IMG/VR virus record: IMGVR_UViG_3300045955_000385
Length of the DNA stretch: 21,992 nt
DNA from: an uncultured virus (IMG/VR IMGVR_UViG_3300045955_000385)
Lineage: Duplodnaviria; Heunggongvirae; Uroviricota; Caudoviricetes
Strand: one strand, 5' to 3'
The notes under the pieces were generated by a model. The model saw nothing but the letters and a program-made list of their open reading frames with translations. It did no database searches and was not told the DNA's origin. The number at the start of each line of letters is the position of its first letter. Within the stretch, counting starts at the first letter, position 1. The position numbers and the translations under genes are program-made. Below, one piece after another: positions 7,820 through 15,748 of this stretch.

Positions 7820-8544
7820 TGGAGATTGTGGTGCTACCCATGGGAGAAATCCACATCGGGAACCGCCAGCGGCCCGCCGATCCAAAGAAAGTCGCGGACC
7901 TCGCTGGTTCGATAGAACAGGTGGGCCTGCTCCAACCCATTGGCGTGGTGCCGGACGCCGGTCAGACGTATACCTTCTATCGCCTGGTCTTTGGACTACA
8001 CAGGATGCAGGCCGTGCAGATGCTTGAATGGACCGAGATCCCGGCCTATGTTCTGCCGCCAGACCTGGCGGAGGAAGAGTACCTGCTCATTGAGCTGCAA
8101 GAAAACAGCGCCAGGAATGATCTGACTGGCGCGCAGCGGAAAGCGTTTGCTGCTGAGATTGGCCGACTGATTACCATTTTGGGGAGAGATTCCCACGCTC
8201 CCAATGGGAATACTCAATGGTTTATCGAAATGGGAAAACGCACTGGAACACCGCAAACGACCATGTATCGTTGGTGGCAAGAGTTTTGTGAGGCGGAGGC
8301 CATCACACTGACCCCGCGCCAGGCACTCGCCCCACACCGCGAACGGTTCTTTACCTGGCTTGAGGAGCATCAGCGCGAGGCCGAGGCGGAAAAACAACGC
8401 AAAGCTGCGGCTGCAGCAGAAGCCGAGCGGACGCAGTACCTGGAGGACTTACACGCCGAAATCGTCGAGGCCATTGGGCTCTATGGCTGGGATGTCGTGT
8501 ATACCACGGTGCTCGTGCCCGTGTTGGAAGGGTATCTGCCTTGA
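7819..8544 (+). CDS. ParB/Srx N-terminal domain protein
   Basis: RQR......VADLAGSIEQVGLLQPIGV...LVFGLHRMQA...EIP...ELQENSARNDLT; GTG overlaps the upstream TAG. Confidence 0.88.
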   Translation: MEIVVLPMGEIHIGNRQRPADPKKVADLAGSIEQVGLLQPIGVVPDAGQTYTFYRLVFGLHRMQAVQMLEWTEIPAYVLPPDLAEEEYLLIELQENSARNDLTGAQRKAFAAEIGRLITILGRDSHAPNGNTQWFIEMGKRTGTPQTTMYRWWQEFCEAEAITLTPRQALAPHRERFFTWLEEHQREAEAEKQRKAAAAAEAERTQYLEDLHAEIVEAIGLYGWDVVYTTVLVPVLEGYLP

Positions 8545-8717
8545 GCCTCTGCACCTGGTGCTTTCTGCGCTGTGGCATCTGCTGCGATGGATGCCACCAT
8601 ACGGTCTGCGAGGTCTGCGTGGCCCTGCATGACGGCTGTCCCGAATGCGGGCAGGCGGACGAGACATACTGCGAGGTCTGCGGTCTGCGATACCTTGTCG
8701 ATCAGGCCTGGCATTAG
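8541..8717 (+). CDS. 58-aa Cys-rich zinc-binding protein (not in ORF track)
   Basis: TTGA overlap with the ParB stop and a GGAAGG SD. Sequence MSLCTWCFLRCGICCDGCHHTVCEVCVALHDGCPECGQADETYCEVCGLRYLVDQAWH, with 12 Cys. Confidence 0.7.
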   Translation: MSLCTWCFLRCGICCDGCHHTVCEVCVALHDGCPECGQADETYCEVCGLRYLVDQAWH

Positions 8718-8761
8718 TCGGTGGTGTCCTGCTCTCGCCGCCGCCGTGCCTGGGCCAGCAG

Positions 8762-8947
8762 TTAGCGCTCCGTGAGCGCCCGCATCTGGGCCTGGTGGTC
8801 CTTGAGCATCTGCTCATGCTGGAGTTGGGTCTGACGCAGCGAGGTGCTGATGTCGTGCATGGTGACAATGGCCTGGGCAGCCACCAGGATAGCCACGAGC
8901 AGCAGACCGACGTAGAAGGCGAGTTGGACGTAGTCGAGCAACTTCAT
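8762..8947 (-). CDS. Small single-pass membrane protein
   Basis: GGAGGAG SD, then MKLLDYVQLAFYVGLLLVAILVAAQAIV (hydrophobic) and a coiled-coil-like tail. Confidence 0.7.
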   Translation of the reverse strand: MKLLDYVQLAFYVGLLLVAILVAAQAIVTMHDISTSLRQTQLQHEQMLKDHQAQMRALTER

Positions 8948-8985
8948 CACGACTCCTCCGTGGAGGTGGTTCTGTGGCTTGTGGA

Positions 8986-9186
8986 TCAATCATTCTTAGG
9001 CTGACGCGAGGGTTGGGCACGGGACTCCGTGGTGTCATGCAGGCACGCCTCCAGCACCCAGAGGATCTGCGCATTCAGGCTCCGGTGCTCCGCCGTAGCC
9101 CACCCTCTGTAGGCATCAAGCAGCTCGGCCGGCAATCGCAACATCAGGCTTTTATACGTGGCTGCGTCCGTTTTGGGGCGTGCCAT
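8986..9186 (-). CDS. Arc-family ribbon-helix-helix DNA-binding protein
   Basis: LMLRLPAELL......A..EHRSLNAQI...LE; AGGAGG SD before ATG 9186. Confidence 0.88.
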   Translation of the reverse strand: MARPKTDAATYKSLMLRLPAELLDAYRGWATAEHRSLNAQILWVLEACLHDTTESRAQPSRQPKND

Positions 9187-9229
9187 GGGTCCATCCTCCT
9201 GCCCTCTTGTCTCATTAATAGACACTATT

Positions 9230-9249
9230 TAGCAACCCCTATGTTGCTA
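9230..9249. promoter_or_regulatory. Candidate operator in the AT-rich divergent arc/helicase intergenic region
   Basis: Inverted repeat TAGCAAC-N6-GTTGCTA. Confidence 0.45.
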
Positions 9250-9306
9250 GATAAGCACTATTTATATAGCACAATGACAGTCTTGCGTGCAAGCAAAGGA
9301 GTGCCC

Positions 9307-10605
9307 ATGCCCGATGAGCGGACGCGCCGTGACAGGAAGGACATCGGGCTTGAAGATATGCGTGGGGCGATGGGTCGCCATGATGCGAGTATGGAGCCGG
9401 ACTTCGAGTCCCTGCTCCAACGCCTGGCTGAGGCCATTACGGAGCCGGACATTGGCAAGTGGATGACGGATGGACCGATGCTCCTCTTCAGTGTCTTTCG
9501 CCGCCATCCGCGCTACTGGGGGTTGATCAAGGCGACGTATCGCAAGTGGGGCGGTAATGCGTATGACCTGGAAAAAGCGGTCGATCATTCCCGCGTTACG
9601 CATGGCCTGGATGCGCACGACGCGGACGCTGGCGAGGTCCTCGACCCCTTCGTCTTTACCGATGTGACCAGTATTCTTGCGACAGAAGCCCAATCGCGCC
9701 GTTGGCTGCTCCCTGGCATCATTGCCGATGGACTGACCTTGCTCGGCGGCTCTCCCAAAGGAGGCAAGACATACCTGGCCTATGCCCTCGCCCTGGCCGT
9801 GTCACATTATGGAAGGTGGTGTAATCATTGGCAGGTCGAACAGGGAAAGGTCATCTATATTACACTCGAAGATGACAGCAACGATACACACCTGCGCTTG
9901 TTAGAACTTGACCCCCATCTTGCGCTCATGAGCAATCGCCTCTTGTTTGTCCATGGCCAGGACACCATTCCCACCTTTGGTAGTGGCTTGCGTGAATGGC
10001 TCGAAGCGACCCTAGAACTGCATCATCCTCGCCTGATGATTATTGATCCGATTTCCTATCTCTATGTCCTCAAGAAAACGGGCAGTCAGTTCGAGGAAAC
10101 GAAAGACATGTTGTTTCCTCTGCAATGGCTCGGCAAGACCTACCAGTGTGCCATTGTCTGCCTCGATCATCGCCGTAAGCGCTCACGCGAGGATGTCTCT
10201 ATGGTGGACACCCTCTATGGCAGTGTCGCCAAGCAAGCCGTCCCCAGCGGCATCATTATGGTCAATCGTGACCAGGATGATATTGAGTTAGATATGATTA
10301 TCCGCAACGGCCAGCAGCAGAAAGAATATCTCTCCTTTACGTTTCAAGATGGCCGCTGCTTCCTGGCGTATAAAGGCGGGGAGCAACAGCCGATGACTCA
10401 GAGTGAGCTGCGCATGCGACTGCTCGACATTTTACGCAAAGCCCCGCTGCCCATGACGCTTCCAGATCTCTTGCTTGAATTAGGCATGACCGATACGCGC
10501 CAGGGCCGCTCCGCACTCTGGCAATTACTCTATCGCGCTATGAAGGCCAGAGAAATTGAAAAGACGTCGCGAGGGAGATATGTCATTAGCACAGAGGACG
10601 GTTGA
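9307..10605 (+). CDS. RepA-like AAA ATPase/replicative helicase with C-terminal winged helix
   Basis: WLLPGII, Walker A GSPKGGKT, VIYITLED, Walker B LMIIDP, LDHRRK, GS; AAAGGA SD before ATG 9307. Confidence 0.88.
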   Translation: MPDERTRRDRKDIGLEDMRGAMGRHDASMEPDFESLLQRLAEAITEPDIGKWMTDGPMLLFSVFRRHPRYWGLIKATYRKWGGNAYDLEKAVDHSRVTHGLDAHDADAGEVLDPFVFTDVTSILATEAQSRRWLLPGIIADGLTLLGGSPKGGKTYLAYALALAVSHYGRWCNHWQVEQGKVIYITLEDDSNDTHLRLLELDPHLALMSNRLLFVHGQDTIPTFGSGLREWLEATLELHHPRLMIIDPISYLYVLKKTGSQFEETKDMLFPLQWLGKTYQCAIVCLDHRRKRSREDVSMVDTLYGSVAKQAVPSGIIMVNRDQDDIELDMIIRNGQQQKEYLSFTFQDGRCFLAYKGGEQQPMTQSELRMRLLDILRKAPLPMTLPDLLLELGMTDTRQGRSALWQLLYRAMKAREIEKTSRGRYVISTEDG

Positions 10606-10615
10606 AAATAGATTT

Positions 10616-10870
10616 CGTTGAAAACGTTGAGAACGTTGAGAACGTTGAGAACGTAGACATCGTAGACATCGTAGGCAAAAACCTACGAAACCTACGAAAC
10701 CTACGCGCATGTTTTTATGCCCGTAGGTTTTCTGAGGCCAGCGTGATTACAGGCTATGAGAGTAGTTATCCACAGAAACCTACGATGTCTACGGGGGTAC
10801 TACCCGCGCGCGCGTGAAGATATATAAGTTGTGTAATTCGTAGTTTATTTTTAATGTATTATTGGTATAA
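10616..10870. repeat. Putative replication origin: 9-bp iterons in both orientations, DnaA box and AT-rich tract
   Basis: Seven tandem CGTWG-core 9-mers (10616-10678), three inverted AAACCTACG (10679-10705), and further copies at 10722, 10776 and 10785. TTATCCACA at 10766-10774; AT-rich 10820-10870. Confidence 0.78.
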
Positions 10871-10871
10871 T
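10863..10871 (+). promoter_or_regulatory. Extended -10 promoter
   Basis: TGGTATAAT preceded by AT-rich DNA, about 100 nt upstream of the SWIM gene. Confidence 0.6.
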
Positions 10872-10972
10872 GTCGATAAGGTAGGTAGACACACGACAGG
10901 CCGTACCCCCCGCCAAGGTTGCACGGCCTGCCTGATGCACTGACTAACCCCCCAACGTGAGGAGTCACAAGG

Positions 10973-12199
10973 ATGAGTACCACAACCTCTAGCATCATTC
11001 AAGACATCATGCACACAGACGCCGAACGCGAACTCTGGATTATCGTCAAAGAACACGAGCGCCCGCCCTTCTGGTTTGCCGATGAGGGCGTCGGCAATCG
11101 CCTCAACCGCGCCGCCCGCGTCGTCGCCGAGGGCCGGATCACCCCCAACTCGGACGGCTCCTACACCGTGGAGGGCTCTGCGGGTCGCACCTACCGCGTG
11201 GCGGATCGCTGTTCGTGCCCCAATGCCTCGCGCGGCAAAAGTCATTGGTGTTACCACCACGTGGCGGTAGCCCTCTACATCGAGTGGTGCCGGCGCCGCC
11301 ATTTCCTGCCCGGCCAGGAGGCGTTGCCGCTGCCCCCCACGACGCCTGAGGAACGCCTTGCCCATGCCCCCCTCGCGGCCCAGGCCCGCCTCGCCGCCGC
11401 GGACGCCACCACGGACACCCCACTGCAACCGCTCCTCGAGCCCCAGGAGGACGTTATGCCCGCAGATGCGTATATCCCTGAACCCGCGCCTGATGAGGCC
11501 CCTGTGGCCGTCCTGGAGGCTCCACGTGCCACCCGTGCACTGACCCCCGCCCCGGCGCAGGACGACGACTTAGAGCAGGCCCTGGCCACCTGGACGACGC
11601 AGCGCAAAGTGGTCCAACGCTTCCTCAAGCAGGAGCTGGTGCCTGGCACCGATTATTACCAGCTACGCATCGGCAAGGTGGAGAGCAAGCCGTCGCTCTC
11701 CAAAGCTGGCGCCGAAAAGGTAATTGGCTGGCTCAAATGGAGCGCCTCGTTTGCCCCGGATACCGGGACATGGGAGATGCTCGGGCGCCCCACCGATCTG
11801 GTCTGTTACGTCTGCACGCTGCGCACCCGCAGCGGGGAGATTATCGGGGAAGGCCGCGGTGCCAGGTCGCTCAAGAAAGACAATGGTGATGTGAACAAGG
11901 CCATTAAGATGGCGGAAAAATCCTCCATGGTCAGCGCGGTCTTACGCACGGGCTGCCTGAGTGATTGCTTTACGCAGGACCTCGACCCGGAGGACGGTGT
12001 GCAGGATGCGCCAGCTCCCCAGCCCCCGGCCCCGCCCAGCAGTGCGGCGCTGCGGAGCCAGATCTGGGCCTGGATGCAGCAGCACGCACCCGAGGTCACG
12101 TCCCGTGAGGCGGTGACGGCCTGGATCGCGCAGGAAACGGGGTATGAGCTGCATCCGAACAATTATCCCAAAATCATGGCGAGCCTGGAAGGACGCTAG
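10973..12199 (+). CDS. SWIM zinc finger fused to a putative single-strand-annealing/recombination domain
   Basis: YTVEG...YRV...CSCP.......WCYH (SWIM). The C-terminal part has KPSLSKAGAEK...GEGRG...NKAIKMAEK...LSDCFTQD, typical of a conserved phage family. Confidence 0.75.
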   Translation: MSTTTSSIIQDIMHTDAERELWIIVKEHERPPFWFADEGVGNRLNRAARVVAEGRITPNSDGSYTVEGSAGRTYRVADRCSCPNASRGKSHWCYHHVAVALYIEWCRRRHFLPGQEALPLPPTTPEERLAHAPLAAQARLAAADATTDTPLQPLLEPQEDVMPADAYIPEPAPDEAPVAVLEAPRATRALTPAPAQDDDLEQALATWTTQRKVVQRFLKQELVPGTDYYQLRIGKVESKPSLSKAGAEKVIGWLKWSASFAPDTGTWEMLGRPTDLVCYVCTLRTRSGEIIGEGRGARSLKKDNGDVNKAIKMAEKSSMVSAVLRTGCLSDCFTQDLDPEDGVQDAPAPQPPAPPSSAALRSQIWAWMQQHAPEVTSREAVTAWIAQETGYELHPNNYPKIMASLEGR

Positions 12200-12201
12200 C
12201 C

Positions 12202-12384
12202 ATGCAGAGCACTGGCCTCCTGGTCTTCCAGGCGTTATGCGACTGCGGCAACACCCTGGCGGCGTGCCGCGACGACTACCCGCCGGGCAGCGATACGTGG
12301 TGCGCGCTCACGGGCTTTGTGCAGAGCATCGATCAACTTATTGACGCGCTGGTTGAGGGACCAGCGCTGGAGGAGGAGTGGTAA
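12202..12384 (+). CDS. Hypothetical protein, 60 aa
   Basis: AAGGA SD; starts 2 nt after the previous stop. Confidence 0.6.
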   Translation: MQSTGLLVFQALCDCGNTLAACRDDYPPGSDTWCALTGFVQSIDQLIDALVEGPALEEEW

Positions 12385-12385
12385 G

Positions 12386-12664
12386 TTGGAGTCCTCGACT
12401 GGGAGGCGCCTGTACAACGAGCTGGGGTTAGTCGCCACGCGCTACCGCGACTGGTTTGCGGAGGGCACCCCCGCCGAATGGGTCCGGGCTCTCGATCATA
12501 TCCAGGCCGTCCTGACGGCCTGCAAGCGCGAGGCCGCCGACGCCGACCGGGCCCACCGTGCCCGGCTCGCGGCCGCGCAGCAACTGCCCCTGCTGCCGGA
12601 GGCCGCCGGGCACGAACCAGTGCTGGAGGACAGGCCATGTCGCGCGGCCGCACCACGTCCCTGA
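12386..12664 (+). CDS. Hypothetical protein
   Basis: AGGAGG SD with TTG at 12386; tightly packed with its neighbours. Confidence 0.6.
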   Translation: MESSTGRRLYNELGLVATRYRDWFAEGTPAEWVRALDHIQAVLTACKREAADADRAHRARLAAAQQLPLLPEAAGHEPVLEDRPCRAAAPRP

Positions 12665-12933
12665 GAGTCACCCTCACGCCCCAGGAGCGCCAGCAACTCA
12701 CCACCTGGCAGCGGCAACACGTCATCCCGGTAGGGCTGGCGCGGCGTGGGCGGGTCATTTTGCTCGTGGAAGGCGGCATGCCGCTCACGCACGTGGCGGC
12801 GCGGGTGGGCCTGAGCCGCCGCTGTGTGGCACAGTGGGTCAGGCGCTTCCTAGCGCAGGGGCTGGACGGGCTCAGGGAGTTGCCACGCGGGCGGCGGGGC
12901 GACGCGGGGAGGGGGCGGGAGGAGAGGCCATGA
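12637..12933 (+). CDS. Stand-alone HTH protein resembling the IS630-family transposase N-terminus
   Basis: LTPQERQQL..W......GLARRGRVILL...G......A..VG.SR..V..W..RF...GLDGL.E.PR; GGAGG SD; no DDE domain follows. Confidence 0.82.
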   Translation: MSRGRTTSLRVTLTPQERQQLTTWQRQHVIPVGLARRGRVILLVEGGMPLTHVAARVGLSRRCVAQWVRRFLAQGLDGLRELPRGRRGDAGRGREERP

Positions 12934-14336
12934 CAGTGCTGCTGGTGCAGGGGGATAGCCGTTATCTGCCCATAGCCGATGCCAGTGTGGATTGTGTGGT
13001 GACGAGCCCGCCCTACTATGGCTTAAGAGACTATGGAACCGGACAGTGGCAGGGCGGGGAGGCGGGATGCGACCACACAAAGGGGCAGATGGCGATCTCA
13101 GCCAATGGGAATCATCGCTGTGGCGGCGGTCTCTATGCCAACACGAACCATGCACAGGAGCCGTACAAGGATACCTGTGGCCGCTGTGGCGCCGTGCGCG
13201 TCGATGCCCAGATCGGCCTGGAAGGCAGCCTGGAGGCATACCTGGCGCAGCTCATGCAGGTGTTCAGGGAGGTGCATAGGGTGCTGAAGCCGAGCGGGAC
13301 GCTATGGGTCAATATGGGCGATAGCTATGCTCAGCATGCCACTGGGAAACGAGGCGTAACCAATTCCCCTGCGTATGGGGATGGGGTCTATCATCGGCGG
13401 TTTCATCGTATGATGGGGCATGAGGCACAGGCCGATTTTCTGCCAACGAGACTGCCACCGGAAGGCCTTCCTGCCAAAAACCTTCTGGGCGTGCCCTGGC
13501 GCGTGGCGTTTGCGCTCCAGAGCGACGGCTGGATCTTGCGGAGTGAGATTATTTACCACAAAGTCAATCCGCTTCCCGAGAGCGTCCAGGACCGCCCAAC
13601 CCGCAGCCACGAGCAGGTATTTCTGTTCAGCAAGCAGAGCAGATATTTTTTCGATATGCACGCTGTCAGAGAACCATGGGCCGATGAGCGAGCCGGGGGC
13701 AGTGCAACCATCTCCCTACGTTATTCGCAAGAAAGTGGACGCAATGGCGATAGTGGCCTTGGCCCTCCTCCTCCCTATGCGGGCCGTGCCTGTCGATCCG
13801 TCTGGTCCCTGCCCTCGGAAGCGCTCGGCTTCGCCCACTACGCCGCCTTCCCCACTGCCCTGGTGCGGAAGTGCCTCCTGGCGGGAGCGCCGACGCAGGT
13901 GTGCAGTGCATGCGGCAGGCCGTGGGTGCGTAAGGTAGAGCGTCGCGGTGGCACTATCGGCAAAAGTTGGCACCCCCATACTGACGATCTGGGCTTAGGA
14001 CAGCATGGCAGTAATCGAGGAGAGAACTCTTCCAAGGCAGGTTGGGAGCGTGGCGATTATCGCGTAACGACTCTCGGCTTCTTCTCCTCCTGCTCCTGCC
14101 ATGCACCCACGCGCCCCGCCGTTGTCCTCGACCCCTTTGCAGGATCGGGCACGGTCGGCCTGGTTGCCCGCGAGCTTGGCCATGACGCCGTGCTCTGTGA
14201 CCTGTCCTGGCCTTACCTGCACACCATTGCCCGTGAGCGCCTCGGGCTCGCGGCGCTCGACAGGTGGATCAACGGCGACACCCCCCGCGTCACGAGTTAT
14301 GCGGACTTACCCCTGTTCGGGGAGGACAGGCCTTGA
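12930..14336 (+). CDS. Beta-class N4-C/N6-A DNA methyltransferase with Cys-rich insertions
   Basis: VTSPPYYGLRDY, RVLKPSGTLWVNMGDSY, HYAAFP, VLDPFAGSGT; ATGA overlap with the upstream gene. Confidence 0.93.
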   Translation: MTVLLVQGDSRYLPIADASVDCVVTSPPYYGLRDYGTGQWQGGEAGCDHTKGQMAISANGNHRCGGGLYANTNHAQEPYKDTCGRCGAVRVDAQIGLEGSLEAYLAQLMQVFREVHRVLKPSGTLWVNMGDSYAQHATGKRGVTNSPAYGDGVYHRRFHRMMGHEAQADFLPTRLPPEGLPAKNLLGVPWRVAFALQSDGWILRSEIIYHKVNPLPESVQDRPTRSHEQVFLFSKQSRYFFDMHAVREPWADERAGGSATISLRYSQESGRNGDSGLGPPPPYAGRACRSVWSLPSEALGFAHYAAFPTALVRKCLLAGAPTQVCSACGRPWVRKVERRGGTIGKSWHPHTDDLGLGQHGSNRGENSSKAGWERGDYRVTTLGFFSSCSCHAPTRPAVVLDPFAGSGTVGLVARELGHDAVLCDLSWPYLHTIARERLGLAALDRWINGDTPRVTSYADLPLFGEDRP

Positions 14337-14521
14337 GCGAGTGGCGCTACGCCCCGGCCCCGGAGCTGGTACCCCTGCCCTGCCAGCTGTGCGCCAGCGC
14401 GCCAGGCACCGTGGCGGTGTACCATCGCCTGGTGTGGATACAGACGCTGTGTCAGGCCTGTGCCAGAGAGCACCGCGTCGTCTACGAGGCACAACTGGGC
14501 CTGTTTGAGGAGACCCTCTGA
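14333..14521 (+). CDS. Small zinc-finger protein
   Basis: TTGA overlap and GGAGG SD; CQLC...LCQAC. Confidence 0.7.
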   Translation: MSEWRYAPAPELVPLPCQLCASAPGTVAVYHRLVWIQTLCQACAREHRVVYEAQLGLFEETL

Positions 14522-14973
14522 TGCCCATCATGCACTACTTACCCGCCCTCGATGCCCCACCCCTGTGCGACGCTGAGGGACCCTTCTATGCCAGTCTGGA
14601 GGCCAGCCGTACGACGTGTCCGCGCTGCCTGAAACAGATGGAGCCGCGCGTCAGTGAGAAGGCGTTCATGCAGGCGTTAAGGCGTCTGGCACAGTCGCAG
14701 GGCTATTATTTTTACCATACGTACTCCAGCAAGCGATCGGAGCCCGGATGGCCTGACGTGGCGCTGGTGCATCCGACAGGTGATACGACGCTCTACCTAC
14801 TGGAGTGTAAACGCGAGGGTGAACAGCCCACCCTGGCACAACAGCGCTGGCTCGACGCCCTGGGGAGAGTCACCCGCGTCCACGCCCAGGTAGTCAGGCC
14901 GGGGGATCTGGCGGTCGTGAAAGCCTTCCTGGCTGGCGAGACGCTCCCCGCCGGGCCTACGCCGGCACCCTGA
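14521..14973 (+). CDS. VRR-NUC domain nuclease (putative Holliday junction resolvase)
   Basis: SEKAF...G.....HT..S.RSEPGWPD.....LLECKREG......Q..WL..L. Confidence 0.88.
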   Translation: MPIMHYLPALDAPPLCDAEGPFYASLEASRTTCPRCLKQMEPRVSEKAFMQALRRLAQSQGYYFYHTYSSKRSEPGWPDVALVHPTGDTTLYLLECKREGEQPTLAQQRWLDALGRVTRVHAQVVRPGDLAVVKAFLAGETLPAGPTPAP

Positions 14974-14990
14974 CGGGGAGGCGCGAGAGT

Positions 14991-15041
14991 CCTCTCCAAC
15001 GTAGGAGAGGGTGGTAGAATACGCCAGGCACGACCCTGGCG
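14991..15041 (+). promoter_or_regulatory. Internal promoter with a palindrome and a leader hairpin
   Basis: CCTCTCC-N6-GGAGAGG (14991-15010), extended -10 TGGTAGAAT (15012-15020) and hairpin CGCCAGG-N6-CCTGGCG (15022-15041). Confidence 0.55.
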
Positions 15042-15054
15042 CAAGGAGGACGTC

Positions 15055-15324
15055 ATAAGTCTCCAGATTGCGTGTTGCGGACGATTTCATGAGGTGCCAG
15101 AGGTCCCCTGGGCCTGTGGCACGTGCGGCAAGACCTATCTTGGCGAGGCGCCGCCGTCCTTTCTCTGGCGTGTGCAGGAAGAGATCGCCGAGCTGGCTAT
15201 GCAGGTCAGGACGCTTGAGGAGGAGATGGTGCGCTGCACGCACGCCATTCGCGCCCTTGAAGAGCGCCAGGCGGTGCTCAATCAGTATCTCACGCTGATC
15301 GAAGAACAGGAGAACACCCCATGA
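15055..15324 (+). CDS. Zinc-ribbon plus coiled-coil small protein, probable ATA start
   Basis: AAGGAGG SD followed by an in-frame ATA at 15055; CCG...CGTCG then a heptad-like C-terminus. Confidence 0.6.
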   Translation: MSLQIACCGRFHEVPEVPWACGTCGKTYLGEAPPSFLWRVQEEIAELAMQVRTLEEEMVRCTHAIRALEERQAVLNQYLTLIEEQENTP

Positions 15325-15575
15325 CCCCTGAGTACACCATTACCTTTTACGCGCCCGATGAGACCATGGGCGACACGCCGCCGCTGGCCTGTGAGCAGTT
15401 TCGCGGCTGGGCGCTGCGCCAGTTGCATGCCGCCTTTCCGGGCTACCATGTCCGCGTCCTGGCCGAGCCCGGCCTGCGCCAGGCGTTGACCAATGACGCC
15501 CAGCGCGAGGGCGAGATTGCCGACTTCTGCGCCCGCCTCTGGGACCGCTGTCCCTGGGATTGGACACACGTATGA
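15321..15575 (+). CDS. Hypothetical protein
   Basis: AGGAG SD; ATGA overlaps at both ends. Confidence 0.7.
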   Translation: MTPEYTITFYAPDETMGDTPPLACEQFRGWALRQLHAAFPGYHVRVLAEPGLRQALTNDAQREGEIADFCARLWDRCPWDWTHV

Positions 15576-15748
15576 CCATACAGGCCCTGATTGACCGTCT
15601 CGTCGAGGAATGGCACGCTGAGGACCTGCGCCCCCTGATTACCCGTTGCGTGCTGCGCGCCTATGCCCTGGGCGTGGAGAACGGCGAGAAAGACACGGCG
15701 ACGCAGGGACACGGCGACACGGCGACACCCGGAAAGGACACACCATGA
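15572..15748 (+). CDS. Hypothetical protein
   Basis: ATGA overlaps at both ends. Confidence 0.6.
   Translation: MTIQALIDRLVEEWHAEDLRPLITRCVLRAYALGVENGEKDTATQGHGDTATPGKDTP

Noticed and set aside
8481..8714. 77-aa minus-strand ORF and GGTCTGCG repeats as a parS site
   Set aside because: Better explained by the plus-strand Cys-rich ORF, whose repeated CEVC codons create the repeats.
10616..10793. CRISPR-like or guide-RNA array
   Set aside because: Units are contiguous 9-mers without unique spacers, and no cas-like gene is present.
10602..10817. ORF MKIDFVENVENVEN... and its antisense ORF 10525..10710
   Set aside because: The peptide repeats are a by-product of the 9-bp DNA iterons.
12637..12933. 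Intact IS630 insertion sequence
   Set aside because: No catalytic DDE region, terminal inverted repeats or target duplication seen.
15691..15730. GACACGGC short repeats
   Set aside because: Low-complexity coding tail (DTAT..GDTAT) with no sign of separate function.
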